64,000 nt of DNA from the NCBI GenBank assembly GCA_963829525.1, contig CAWHIJ010000003.1, positions 2,016,001 through 2,080,000 of the forward strand. The letters run 5' to 3'. The notes under the pieces are model-generated. The model saw only the letters and a list, made by a program, of their open reading frames with translations. It ran no database searches and was not told the origin of the DNA. Numbering within the stretch: the first letter of the stretch is position 1; the number at the start of each line of letters is the position of its first letter. Made by a program: the position numbers and the translations under genes. Positions 49,821 to 59,302 of the stretch are shown piece after piece. The stretch comes from an uncultured Actinomycetota bacterium (lineage in GTDB: Bacteria > Actinomycetota > Actinomycetes > JAHEKZ01).

Positions 49821-50447
49821 ATGAGCATCCGTCTGGGCGATGAGGCCCCGAACTTCAAAGCCGACACCACCGACGGCACCATCGACTTCCATGAGTGGAA
49901 GAGCGGCTCGTGGGCTGTGCTCTTCAGCCACCCGGCCGACTTCACACCGGTCTGCACCACCGAGCTCGGCCGCACTGCTGGACTGCACGACGAGTTCACC
50001 AAGCGCAACGTCAAGACGATCGCGGTGTCGGTTGACTCACTCGAAAGCCACAAGGGTTGGGCTCCCGACATCAAAGATGTAGGTGGAGTCCCGCTCAACT
50101 TCCCGATCATCGCCGACCCAGACCGCATGGTTTCAATGGCCTACGACATGATCCACCCGGGTGAGGGTGACAGCTCCACCGTCCGTTCGGTCTTCATCAT
50201 CGACCCGAACAACAAGGTGCGGCTCACCCTGACCTACCCCAAATCAGTCGGCCGCAACTTCGACGAGATCATCCGCGTGATCGATGCCCTGCAGCTCACC
50301 GATTCGGCGCCGGTATCCACGCCTGCCGACTGGACGCCTGGCGGCCGAGTTATCGTGGCCGCAACGATGTCCACCGACGATGCCAAGGCCCGGTTCGCCG
50401 ACGTCGAAGAGGTCAAGCCCTACCTGCGTTGGGCGGCGCAGCCCTAG
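49821..50447 (+). CDS. 1-Cys peroxiredoxin (Prx6)
   Basis: FSHPADFTPVCTTE, RSVFIIDP, YP..VGRNFDEI. GAGGAG RBS. Confidence 0.95.
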   Translation: MSIRLGDEAPNFKADTTDGTIDFHEWKSGSWAVLFSHPADFTPVCTTELGRTAGLHDEFTKRNVKTIAVSVDSLESHKGWAPDIKDVGGVPLNFPIIADPDRMVSMAYDMIHPGEGDSSTVRSVFIIDPNNKVRLTLTYPKSVGRNFDEIIRVIDALQLTDSAPVSTPADWTPGGRVIVAATMSTDDAKARFADVEEVKPYLRWAAQP

Positions 50448-50455
50448 CGAGGGCC

Positions 50456-50481
50456 AGCCCGCTGGGCAAATCCTGCGGGCT
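50456..50481. terminator. possible bidirectional terminator hairpin
   Basis: AGCCCGC...GCGGGCT stem in the 41-nt gap between convergent genes. Confidence 0.4.
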
Positions 50482-50488
50482 TCGCCTC

Positions 50489-51265
50489 TCACGAGACGTT
50501 GTCGGTCCACTCTCGTCCGTCCCACCAGCGCAGCCGGGCCTCGCCCTTCGGATCGGGGAACCAGCCGGGCGGCGCTGCCGCCGGCGTCGCCGCAAGAGGT
50601 GCAGGGGCCGGCGCTGGACCGGGAGGCGCAACCGCGCCCGGTGCACTCCACGGGTCTGCAACAGGTGCCACCGGCCCACCACTGGCAGCCACAGCCGCCG
50701 AAGCAGGGCGGCGTCCGCGGACGAAGCCGACGATGAGGAGCACGAAACCGATCACTGCCACAAAGCCACCGATGCCTACCAGTGCCAGCCAAGCCACTGC
50801 GCTACCGAACGAGCCAGCGATGCTGGGCGCCACAAGCACTTGTCGGCCGTTCCCGAGCACCGTGATGCGATACAGCCCGGGCTCGACAACGGCAAAACGA
50901 GCTGCCCCCGTGAACGAGTCACCATTGCGGTCCACCGTCTCGGTCAGGCTCATCGCCTGAACCGGAACCGATGCCCCCGATTCGCTCACGACCTCGATGG
51001 CGCTTGGCGTGATCGTGGTCATACCTCTGGGCATCGGGTCGGTCTGCTCGTAGACAACGTAGGTTCCGTCGTCCAGATCAGCTGTAAAGTCGGCAGGCGT
51101 CGCCCGCACCGGGGCGGTAAAGGTCTCTATCACCTTGCTACCGGCGGTTCCAATGAAGAAGGCCCCCCCGGCAATCGCCAGAAGCACACCTAAGACCATC
51201 AAACCCGCCCCCCACCAGACCAGGCGGCGACGCGGTTGGGGCATGTCGTGCGTATCAGGAGTCAC
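50489..51265 (-). CDS. DUF2510-domain membrane protein
   Basis: Two TM segments, Pro/Ala linker, C-terminal PPGWFPDP.G...RWWDG.EWT. Confidence 0.85.
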   Translation of the reverse strand: MTPDTHDMPQPRRRLVWWGAGLMVLGVLLAIAGGAFFIGTAGSKVIETFTAPVRATPADFTADLDDGTYVVYEQTDPMPRGMTTITPSAIEVVSESGASVPVQAMSLTETVDRNGDSFTGAARFAVVEPGLYRITVLGNGRQVLVAPSIAGSFGSAVAWLALVGIGGFVAVIGFVLLIVGFVRGRRPASAAVAASGGPVAPVADPWSAPGAVAPPGPAPAPAPLAATPAAAPPGWFPDPKGEARLRWWDGREWTDNVS

Positions 51266-51291
51266 GGGTTCATGATGGCAGAGCCGGCTGC

Positions 51292-52104
51292 TCAATTACG
51301 GGTAACTGGGCCGTCACCTGTGGTGGTCGTCGAGCCGTCAGGCCAGACCACGAATCCGGTTCGTCCGGGGCGGCTCGACAGCCAGTGCGAGGCCTTCTTG
51401 CCCAACACGTACGCCGACGTTGCATCGATGTCGGCGACTGTCAGCGAGGCAGCCACGACCGTCACCGACGCGACACCACGCACAGGGAGCCCCGTTCGTG
51501 CATCCACCAAGTGCTCGCCACGATGCGCACCCCCGGAAGTTGCGATGGCTCCGTTCTGCAGCGGAACCACCGCAATGAGGCGGCTCAGATCATGCGGATG
51601 TTCGATGCCGATCCGCCAGGCAGGCGCATCAGGTGACGCCACGCGACACACCATGTCTCCGCCCCCGGAGAGGCAAAAATCGGTCTCATCGAGAAGGCGC
51701 AGCGGAGATGATGCGCGCTCGATTGCCCACCCTTTGACGACACCATTGGGATCGAGGTGCCTTGCGCCGTCGCCGCTCGGGCGCCAGATGTCGAAGGCTC
51801 CACTCGTCTCGTTCCTGGCTAGCGCAGCCAGCTCGAAGACCTCGGCAACCTCAGCTGGACAATCGTGGGGGCTGATCTCAGCGCGATCGAGTTGGGAGAT
51901 GACTGAAGACCTGCGGTAAGTGCTGAAGATGGTGTCGAGGCGGCGAAGTTCGGCCATGACGTCGGCCCATGCGGTGCGACCCAGTCGAGTGCGGGCGTGG
52001 CGACCGCGCATCGCGAGGCTGATGGGTATACCCATCACATGGTCGACGAAGCGAGCCGCACCGTGTGCTGCGGGCATCCGTTTCCCCGTCTGGATGCTCG
52101 TCAC
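51292..52104 (-). CDS. apbE: FAD:protein FMN transferase (ApbE family)
   Basis: VMG, FSTYR..S, GAFD, DP.G.VKGW, GGGD, WRIGIEHP, ATSG, H.VD, AD..ATSA. Confidence 0.92.
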   Translation of the reverse strand: MTSIQTGKRMPAAHGAARFVDHVMGIPISLAMRGRHARTRLGRTAWADVMAELRRLDTIFSTYRRSSVISQLDRAEISPHDCPAEVAEVFELAALARNETSGAFDIWRPSGDGARHLDPNGVVKGWAIERASSPLRLLDETDFCLSGGGDMVCRVASPDAPAWRIGIEHPHDLSRLIAVVPLQNGAIATSGGAHRGEHLVDARTGLPVRGVASVTVVAASLTVADIDATSAYVLGKKASHWLSSRPGRTGFVVWPDGSTTTTGDGPVTRN

Positions 52105-52538
52105 GACAAGCCCACCTGGTCGAGCGCGGCTTGAAGCGACTGAAGGTATCCGGTGCTCGTGACCGTGGCCCCGCTCACCATGTCGATGTTGGCGCTCTGG
52201 GCCTGCAGTGTCTGGTCGATCAGAATCGGCAAGGCATAGCCGTTGATCTGGTCATCGGTGGAGGTGCCCGTTGGATACTGCAACGGAGTCACATCAGTGA
52301 TCGTGTCCCCGTCGACGGCCACCTGTACCTGAACTGGTCCCCACTGTGTCGGAACCACAGGTCCGGTGACCACGCGGGTGTTGGCCGTCGACTTGGACTG
52401 TCCAGATTTCCCAGCTTGGGGCGAGATGGCCGTCACTCCACTTGGCACCCCAAAGACGCTCGATGTCGACGTGTGGTAGCCGAAGAGAAGCACCAAGATC
52501 GTCACGGTGCTCATGAGCCAGGTGATGATGCGCCGCAT
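52101..52538 (-). CDS. membrane-anchored/secreted FMN-binding protein
   Basis: Hydrophobic N-terminus, WGPVQV.V, flavinylation motif DMVSGATVTS. Confidence 0.9.
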   Translation of the reverse strand: MRRIITWLMSTVTILVLLFGYHTSTSSVFGVPSGVTAISPQAGKSGQSKSTANTRVVTGPVVPTQWGPVQVQVAVDGDTITDVTPLQYPTGTSTDDQINGYALPILIDQTLQAQSANIDMVSGATVTSTGYLQSLQAALDQVGLS

Positions 52539-52542
52539 ATCG

Positions 52543-53952
52543 TCACCACCGAAACATCTCGACGTGGATCTGGTCGCTGTCGACCCCCGCCTTGCGGCAG
52601 GAGCTGATGACGCTCTCCGTCCAGGCATCGGGCCCGCAGATGTAGACGTCTCGGGTGTGAATGTCCGGAACCCAGTAGCGCAAGGCCGTGACATCCTCTG
52701 CTCTGCCGACTCCGTCGCCCAGCCACGATGACGCAGACCGACGCCGTCCAGGCAGCCAAAGCACGCGCAAGCCGCGCTCCCGACCGAGCTCCTCGAGCTC
52801 ACGGTGGAAGAGCGGCTCGCCGCTGAACCGGTGCAGCAGGACAGCGTCACCGGGCGAATAGTGGAGTCCTTCCGCCAGCGATCGCAACGGCGCCACACCG
52901 ACACCAGCGCCAATGAGTGCGACCCCACGCTTCGTCCGGCTGCGGGAGGTCAGGCGTCCGTATGGACCTTCGAACATCACCCGAGCCCCCGGCCGAATCC
53001 GCCGAACTCGGCCACTGTTGTCGCCGAGCGACTTCACCGTGATCCGCAAACTGCGTCCATCGGGGGCCGCCGACAACGAGTACGGGTTCGCGCGGGTCCA
53101 TCCGCGGCTCCCCAGGAACCGCCAGACCCCAAACTCCCCTGCCCGCATCGGCAGGCGGTCAAGTCGGCGACCGGTCATGTAGACCGAGAAGGTGTCCGAC
53201 GACTCCTGCACAACCGTCGTTACCCGCAGTCGGTGCCGGATGCTTCGCCAGGTTGGCAGCAGAACGCGCCAGATCACGATGGAGGCAGCCGCGGCTGCCC
53301 ACAACCCCCACCAGAAGATGGTGGCCGCTGTCGACGAGGTGAAGGTCTGGCCAGTCCAAAGCTGGTGCGGTAGGGCCAGACCGACACCCAGGTAGGCGTA
53401 GAGGTGCAACAGGTGCCATGACTCGTAGCGCATCTGCGACCTAGCAACCCGCAGACTGGTGACAACGCTAAGGACCAGACAAGCGGTTCCTGCTACGGCC
53501 AGCAGCATCCCCGGGTAGTCCCAGGTCATCGTCCACAGTGTTGAGGGCGCTTGGGCAAGTTGACCGGCACCGTAGCCCAACGTGATCAACCCGATATGCG
53601 CCAGCATGAGGTTGAACGAGGTGAACCCGATGACACGGTGGATACGCACCAACCTGTCGCGCCCATAGGCCCTCTCCAGAAGCGGTAGGCGAGCCATCAG
53701 CAGCACCTGAACCAGAAGCAGGTCGGCGGCGAGCAGCCCGGTCAGACGACCTAGCGACGTCAGTGCCTCAGCGCCAGTGCCGAGAGCCTGGATGCCGCCA
53801 CCGACCATCCACCAGTAGGTGACCAGCAACAGGCTCGACCAGAGCGAGACGCCAGCAACGGTCCGCACACTACTGTCGGTGCGGGCCTCGACTCCGAGCG
53901 GCGGACCGGTCGGAACGCTCGCGCCCCGGGGTCCATGCACTTCGGGGTCCAC
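52543..53952 (-). CDS. ferric reductase-like transmembrane + FAD/NAD(P)-binding oxidoreductase
   Basis: Heme His pairs (HRVIG...LAH, WHLLH...LPH), NPYSLS, EGPYG, GAGVGVAP, YICGP, HVEMF. AAAGGAG RBS. Confidence 0.92.
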   Translation of the reverse strand: MDPEVHGPRGASVPTGPPLGVEARTDSSVRTVAGVSLWSSLLLVTYWWMVGGGIQALGTGAEALTSLGRLTGLLAADLLLVQVLLMARLPLLERAYGRDRLVRIHRVIGFTSFNLMLAHIGLITLGYGAGQLAQAPSTLWTMTWDYPGMLLAVAGTACLVLSVVTSLRVARSQMRYESWHLLHLYAYLGVGLALPHQLWTGQTFTSSTAATIFWWGLWAAAAASIVIWRVLLPTWRSIRHRLRVTTVVQESSDTFSVYMTGRRLDRLPMRAGEFGVWRFLGSRGWTRANPYSLSAAPDGRSLRITVKSLGDNSGRVRRIRPGARVMFEGPYGRLTSRSRTKRGVALIGAGVGVAPLRSLAEGLHYSPGDAVLLHRFSGEPLFHRELEELGRERGLRVLWLPGRRRSASSWLGDGVGRAEDVTALRYWVPDIHTRDVYICGPDAWTESVISSCRKAGVDSDQIHVEMFRW

Positions 53953-53992
53953 AGTTCTCCTTTGCTGATGACCCTGATCGTGCTTGAGTCGC

Positions 53993-54031
53993 CTGAGAAC
54001 AAATGAAGAAGACCCTGTGTATTCCCTGAGA
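53993..54031 (-). promoter_or_regulatory. phased hexamer direct repeats (OmpR/MprA-type response regulator site)
   Basis: On the - strand: TCTCAG (54031-26), ACACAG (54020-15), CTTCAT (54008-03), TCTCAG (53998-93), about 11-bp period, upstream of the oxidoreductase. Confidence 0.55.
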
Positions 54032-54107
54032 GTCCGCTCGAGAGGGTTCGCACCACAGACTCGTCACCCGATCATCAATCAGGGGCGTCCAAACGGACTC
54101 ACCCCTA

Positions 54108-55229
54108 CTACAGGCCCAAAGCCGTCTCGATCTTCTTGATCGGTTGCCAGACGCCGTCCTGCATGTTGCTCAACATCGCGAGTGTGATGCCGGTACTCGG
54201 GTAGTGACAGAGCGCTGCACTCACCCCAACGTTGTGCCCCTCCTTCCAGTAGGACCGCACCTTCCCCTCTGCGTTGGTCTCGAACTCGAAACCGAAACCG
54301 GTCATGTGAAATCCGGCTCCCCGCGGTCGGTACCTCACGTGTGGCGCAAGCATGGCAGCAGTCAGAGTGGGGCCGAGCAGTTCTCCACCCACGAGGGCTT
54401 GGTGGAACCGGAAGAGGTCGTCAGCGGTAACCTGCGCACCTGAGTCCGGGGAACCAACGGGTGGAAACGAATAGATGTTGCGTCGCCAGGCGACAACCTG
54501 CCCGGACTCGTCTACCACCGGGTCGGCTCCCTCAGCGATACCCGCAGTGACAATGTCCATCGAGGCAAATCCCGAGTGAGTCATCCGCGCCCGTTTGAAC
54601 ACGCTGTCCGCCACGTAATCGCGATAGGACCGGCCGGTCGCACGCTCGACCATGAGCCCCAACAACACGTACCCGACATTGCAGTAGCGGCACCCCTCTC
54701 CTGGTGCGAAGTTTGGCGCCTTCTCGATGAACTGGGGAAGAAAGTCTGCGGTGGCGCGAATCGCGTAGTTCGGTCTATCGACGAAGAGGGCCTCGTACAC
54801 CTCACCAGCGTCTTCGTCCGCATCGTCACCAATACCGGACGAGTGAGTCAGCAGGTGGTGGGGCGTGACGTCCGGACTAATCGGGGTACCACCAAGCCCC
54901 AGATATCCGGTCACGCTGGTATCGAGGGCGAAAGCACCAGCCTCAACCTGTTGGAGCGCTGCAACAGCAGTGAACAGTTTCGTCGTTGAGGCAGTGTCGA
55001 ACCTCGTCGTTACCTCACACGGCGTCTCCCAGGTGCGACTTGCCCATCCATAAGCCCGACGCAGGAGCACCGTGCTCTGTCCTGGGGTACCCGAAGCGTC
55101 GTTGCGATCGAGGCGAACTACCCCGGAAAACAGCCCCTCCTGCGTCCGCTCGCGCAGGTAGTTGTCAATATCGGCAAGGTCCCTGCCGGCAATCCCACCC
55201 GGCGCCTCGCGCACGTGCTCGCCTTCCAC
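54108..55229 (-). CDS. serine hydrolase (beta-lactamase/AmpC-related)
   Basis: ASTTK (SxxK), LLTHSSG, PG..RYCN (YxN), KEG. Start uncertain (55229 or 55214). Confidence 0.9.
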   Translation of the reverse strand: MEGEHVREAPGGIAGRDLADIDNYLRERTQEGLFSGVVRLDRNDASGTPGQSTVLLRRAYGWASRTWETPCEVTTRFDTASTTKLFTAVAALQQVEAGAFALDTSVTGYLGLGGTPISPDVTPHHLLTHSSGIGDDADEDAGEVYEALFVDRPNYAIRATADFLPQFIEKAPNFAPGEGCRYCNVGYVLLGLMVERATGRSYRDYVADSVFKRARMTHSGFASMDIVTAGIAEGADPVVDESGQVVAWRRNIYSFPPVGSPDSGAQVTADDLFRFHQALVGGELLGPTLTAAMLAPHVRYRPRGAGFHMTGFGFEFETNAEGKVRSYWKEGHNVGVSAALCHYPSTGITLAMLSNMQDGVWQPIKKIETALGL

Positions 55230-55230
55230 A

Positions 55231-56241
55231 TCAGCCTCCGACAGTCCCGGCTTCGATCTCTTCGCCGACAGACGTTCGCACGATGATCGAGAAGCCATTG
55301 GGCACCTGACCATCAAGGTCGGCTACGAGCTCTTCGACAGGAGGCAGGTCACCGGGCGTTTGAATCTCGACGATGTAGTCAGGCGACGCAAACGTGACGC
55401 TGTCGACTGACGCGCCCGGAACCTCCGCTACCCAGTTGTCGGCAGCGGCTTGAATACGGCCGGACCACACCGCGACCAAGTAGACGGCAGCAGTGTTCGC
55501 CACCAATGGGACCAACACCACCACCAGCATGATGCTGATGGTCAAGTAGGCACCCCTCCGAGAACCTTCGCGCAACACCTCTGCCTCTGCGGCATACCCG
55601 AGGACGGTGAAGACCAAGGAGCCAGCAAGCACGAGAGCCAGAAGATTGGAAAGGAAGAGAACAAATGCCCCAAGAGCCAGGGCAAATGCTCCTTGCCCGA
55701 AGCACACGCCAACCACAGCAAGCGGGGGAACCAGCGAGATAGCGATGGCGACACCTGGTAGGACGGCAGCGACATCTCGTCGCGCCATTGCGACAGCGCC
55801 CGCAAAACCTGTGGCGACGGCCGCTACGAGGTCGAGGAGACCAGGCGAGGTGCGTCCAGAGATCTGGGGGTTGCCGAGCAAGTCATAACTACCCGGTACC
55901 AGCAGCGCGAAGGCGACCCCGACGATCACCACAAGCGCGGCCCCGAGTGTGACGAACCGTATCGCTTGCCGGCTAGTTGCCGAGTCGCGCTTGGCGATGC
56001 CCAAGGCAATGCCCATGATCGGGGTCGCCAGGGGGGCAATGATCATGGCGCCGATCACCGTTGCCGTCGAATCTGACAGCACACCGGCCGTGGCGATCAC
56101 GGCTGAGAGCGCCAGCATCGTCCAAAATGCTGACTGTTTCGACCTCGAGTCGCCAGCAGTCAGATCAAGATCTTCAGTCAGCTCGGTAAGAGTGCGTCGC
56201 TGCTGGTCCGGCAGGACCCGGTCCGAAAGGCGAAATGGCAT
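55231..56241 (-). CDS. DUF389 (TIGR00341-like) membrane protein
   Basis: SAVIATAG..DS.ATVIGAMIIAPL, RTSP..LDL, PGVAIAISLVPPL. Confidence 0.9.
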   Translation of the reverse strand: MPFRLSDRVLPDQQRRTLTELTEDLDLTAGDSRSKQSAFWTMLALSAVIATAGVLSDSTATVIGAMIIAPLATPIMGIALGIAKRDSATSRQAIRFVTLGAALVVIVGVAFALLVPGSYDLLGNPQISGRTSPGLLDLVAAVATGFAGAVAMARRDVAAVLPGVAIAISLVPPLAVVGVCFGQGAFALALGAFVLFLSNLLALVLAGSLVFTVLGYAAEAEVLREGSRRGAYLTISIMLVVVLVPLVANTAAVYLVAVWSGRIQAAADNWVAEVPGASVDSVTFASPDYIVEIQTPGDLPPVEELVADLDGQVPNGFSIIVRTSVGEEIEAGTVGG

Positions 56242-56355
56242 GTCCCGAGCATGGCTGAGTCGCACGACCGGGCGAAGGGCATCGGTTGGCGTGTCGCGGG
56301 CTGCGAAGGCGCGAGCTGTAGTCGGTAGGCTCCTCGTGATCGCGAGAGCCTTGAC

Positions 56356-57717
56356 GTGAGTGATCGTTTGCCCGAAAGGACACCCGTGCCCAGTCCCGAC
56401 CCCGCCGTCACGGACCCGAAGAAGCTGCTCCGCAGCAAGGAGTACCGCCGTCTCCTCGTCCTGGCTGCCCTTGTCGGGCTACTGGTGTCATTTGCGTCTT
56501 GGGCCTTCCTCGAGGTCGTCCACTGGACGCAGGTGGGCCTCTACAAGGACCTCCCCGACCAAATGGGATTCGACGTAGCCCCTTGGTGGTGGCCGCTCCC
56601 CATTCTCGCGGTTGCCGGGATCCTCACTGCTGCAGCAGTAACTCGGCTGCCAGGCCGGGGTGGTCATGTTCCTTATGAAGGCATCAAGGGTGGAGCGACG
56701 TTGCCCGAGGCCGTGCCCGGCGTTCTGCTCGCGGCACTTGCCAGCCTGGGGATGGGGCTCGTGCTTGGTCCGGAGGCGCCGCTGATCGCACTGGGTTCGG
56801 GCCTGGCGATCTTCGCGGTCAACAGACTCAAGAAGGACACCCCGGACCAAGCACTTCAAGTCATCGCAGCGTCGGCTGCCTTTGCCGCATTGGCCAGCAT
56901 CTTCGGGTCGCCCGTTGTCGGCGCCGTGATTCTCATCGAAGCAGCCGGGCTTGGCGGGGCCATGTTGCCGATCATTCTTCTTCCTGGCTTGATGGCTGCC
57001 GCAATCGGCTCCCTCGTCTTCATCGGGCTGAACGGCTGGGCAGGACTCAACAACAACGATTACGCATTGAGCCCGTTCACGCTGCCTGCTTACAGCAGCC
57101 CAACGTTCGCTGACTTCGGTTGGACCATCGTCCTTTCCTTACTCGCGGCAGTTCTCACCTACGCCATCCTCCGGCTGTCGCATCTATCAGCAGTTCGAGT
57201 CAATCAGCACCCCTGGGTCCTGATACCTGGGGCCGCAGTTCTCGTTGGGGTGATCGCGGTGGTCTTTGCCGCCTTCTCGGACATGTCAGCCGATGCAGTT
57301 CTCTTCTCCGGTGAGTCCGCCTTTGGTGAACTGCTCGACCCCTCCGCAAATATCACACTCGGCACGCTGGCACTGCTGCTGATCTGCAAAGGGCTCGCTT
57401 GGGCCGTGTCCATGGGAAGCTTTCGCGGCGGCCCGACATTCCCTGCGCTCTTCGTTGGTGCCGTTTGTGGCCTGATGGCAGCCCAGCTCCCCGGCTTCTC
57501 GGAGACCCCGGCGGTGGCTGCCCTGATGGCAGCCGCAGCCGTCGCCGTTTTGCGTCTTCCGCTCTCGGCCGTTGTCATCACGTTGCTTCTCACTGGTTCA
57601 GCCGGAGTCGCTGTGGCACCGATCGTCATCGTTGCCGTCGTTGTCGCCTACATCACTGTCGAGTCGCTTCCGCATCGACCGTCGGGGGATGGCATCACAC
57701 GCGAGTCCGCGGCCTAA
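56356..57717 (+). CDS. CLC-family (voltage-gated chloride channel-like) protein
   Basis: PGRGGH, LGPEAPL, FGSP, FRGGPTFPA, many TM segments, no CBS domain. Confidence 0.87.
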   Translation: MSDRLPERTPVPSPDPAVTDPKKLLRSKEYRRLLVLAALVGLLVSFASWAFLEVVHWTQVGLYKDLPDQMGFDVAPWWWPLPILAVAGILTAAAVTRLPGRGGHVPYEGIKGGATLPEAVPGVLLAALASLGMGLVLGPEAPLIALGSGLAIFAVNRLKKDTPDQALQVIAASAAFAALASIFGSPVVGAVILIEAAGLGGAMLPIILLPGLMAAAIGSLVFIGLNGWAGLNNNDYALSPFTLPAYSSPTFADFGWTIVLSLLAAVLTYAILRLSHLSAVRVNQHPWVLIPGAAVLVGVIAVVFAAFSDMSADAVLFSGESAFGELLDPSANITLGTLALLLICKGLAWAVSMGSFRGGPTFPALFVGAVCGLMAAQLPGFSETPAVAALMAAAAVAVLRLPLSAVVITLLLTGSAGVAVAPIVIVAVVVAYITVESLPHRPSGDGITRESAA

Positions 57718-57720
57718 TCA

Positions 57721-59241
57721 CTACGCAATGGCCGCCTCGACGCGTGCTGTCGCTTCGGCAGTCCAAGCACGCGTGGCATCCACCAGGGCATTGACCTCTT
57801 CAGCTAAGGCGTCGCCGGTCACCCGGTCCGCCAGAGACGTGACGTTGATCTGAACGTTGTATGCCGCGCCACGACAAGCGGCCTCAGCGAGGAGCGCCGC
57901 GACGCCCGCGTCGCTAACGGTGTTGACGTTTCCTTTCGCTGCGCAGGTCACGGCAAGTCGCGCAACATCGCTGCACGCTCTGGCCGTTTCGAGCGGCACC
58001 TCGGCAGCCGTCGTGAGAGCGGCCTGGATCGCCTCATCGCGGGTCGTGGCCGCGCCAGGGCTGTCCTTGGGCAACCGGTAGGCCGAGCTCACCAAGCTAT
58101 AGGCGTCGGCGTCCTCCTGAACCAGTGCACCGAGCCGTTCACCGAGGGCTCGCGCCACGTGGGCCACCTCTTGCATCTCGCCCTCGACTTCGACGTACTT
58201 CTTGCGGCCCACGGTGAGTCCGGCCACCATCTGGGCCAGTGCCGCCGCCAACTGCCCAGCGAGAGCGCTGACGCTTCCTCCGCCGGGGACCGGTGAGCTA
58301 TCAGCCACACTGGTTACGAAGTCACCCATCGACCCCTGCGGTTTCGATGCGGCCCGCACCTGGCGCTCCAGCACCATGTCGGTGGAGAAATCGGGGAGGC
58401 CAAGGTGTCGTGCCGCTGTCTCGAAGAGCACTTTCTCCGGGACGAGGCCAACCAGCTCGCTGCTGGTGGGCGACACACCGCGCGCTTCAGCCTCCATGCG
58501 CACCATGTCGTAAGCGCGGTGAAGGGGTGTTTGGTCGGTGTCGACCAAGTTCATCGAGACCTGTGCCTGACCGTCGACCTCCAGGCCCAAGCCCTTGACG
58601 TACCTCAACCCGCCACTCGAGCCCCTCACCGCCTTGGCCACCTCCTTGGCCACCCCGAGATTCTCAGCGCCACCGAGGTAGACGTTGTAGGCAACCAAGA
58701 AGGGTCTTGCCCCGATGATGGTCGCGCCCGCGGAGGGATGCGTCGTCTCCGGGCCGAAGTCCGGAGCGCGATCGGGGTTGGTGCCGATCTCGGTGAGCGC
58801 CAGCTCGAACCCGCCACGACGGATGTTCACCAGGTTCTCTCGGTCTGGGCGCGTGGCGGCTCGTTCGTAGAGAAAGACCGGGATCTGCAACTCGTCACCC
58901 ACCCGCCGTCCAAGCGTTCTGGCTAGCTCGACGCACTCGTCCATCGTCGTGCCATCAAGTGGAATGAACGGGCAGACGTCGGTGGCGCCTATTCGTGGGT
59001 GCTCACCGTCGTGAACCGTCAGGTCAATCAACTCGGTGGCCTTCGCGATGCCGGCGAATGCCCCCGCCACCGCGACATCAGTCGGCGCCACGAAGGTGAC
59101 AACTGTCCGGTTGTGGCTGGGATCCGATGAAACATCGAGAATGGTGACGCCCGCGACAGAGGCAATCGCATCCCGGATCGCTGATATGACCTCGGGGCGA
59201 CGCCCCTCGGAGAAGTTGGGCACGCATTCGACGAGTTCCAT
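57721..59241 (-). CDS. ftcD: bifunctional glutamate formimidoyltransferase / formiminotetrahydrofolate cyclodeaminase
   Basis: LVECVPNFSEGR, HNRTVVT, GEHPRIGATDVCPF, GARPFLVAYNV, QVSMNL, ELVGLVP, then the cyclodeaminase domain PVPGGGSVSAL...GN.N.VSD.GV...NV.IN. Confidence 0.94.
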   Translation of the reverse strand: MELVECVPNFSEGRRPEVISAIRDAIASVAGVTILDVSSDPSHNRTVVTFVAPTDVAVAGAFAGIAKATELIDLTVHDGEHPRIGATDVCPFIPLDGTTMDECVELARTLGRRVGDELQIPVFLYERAATRPDRENLVNIRRGGFELALTEIGTNPDRAPDFGPETTHPSAGATIIGARPFLVAYNVYLGGAENLGVAKEVAKAVRGSSGGLRYVKGLGLEVDGQAQVSMNLVDTDQTPLHRAYDMVRMEAEARGVSPTSSELVGLVPEKVLFETAARHLGLPDFSTDMVLERQVRAASKPQGSMGDFVTSVADSSPVPGGGSVSALAGQLAAALAQMVAGLTVGRKKYVEVEGEMQEVAHVARALGERLGALVQEDADAYSLVSSAYRLPKDSPGAATTRDEAIQAALTTAAEVPLETARACSDVARLAVTCAAKGNVNTVSDAGVAALLAEAACRGAAYNVQINVTSLADRVTGDALAEEVNALVDATRAWTAEATARVEAAIA

Positions 59242-59302
59242 GCGCTGGAGACTACAACGACAGACCCGGTCTGCATTGGGCCTTGGGTGCCCGACCGGGC
59301 AG

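Noticed and set aside
54108-55229. Serine hydrolase as a true beta-lactamase resistance gene
   Set aside because: No signal peptide, and the motifs fit the broad esterase/peptidase-like family.
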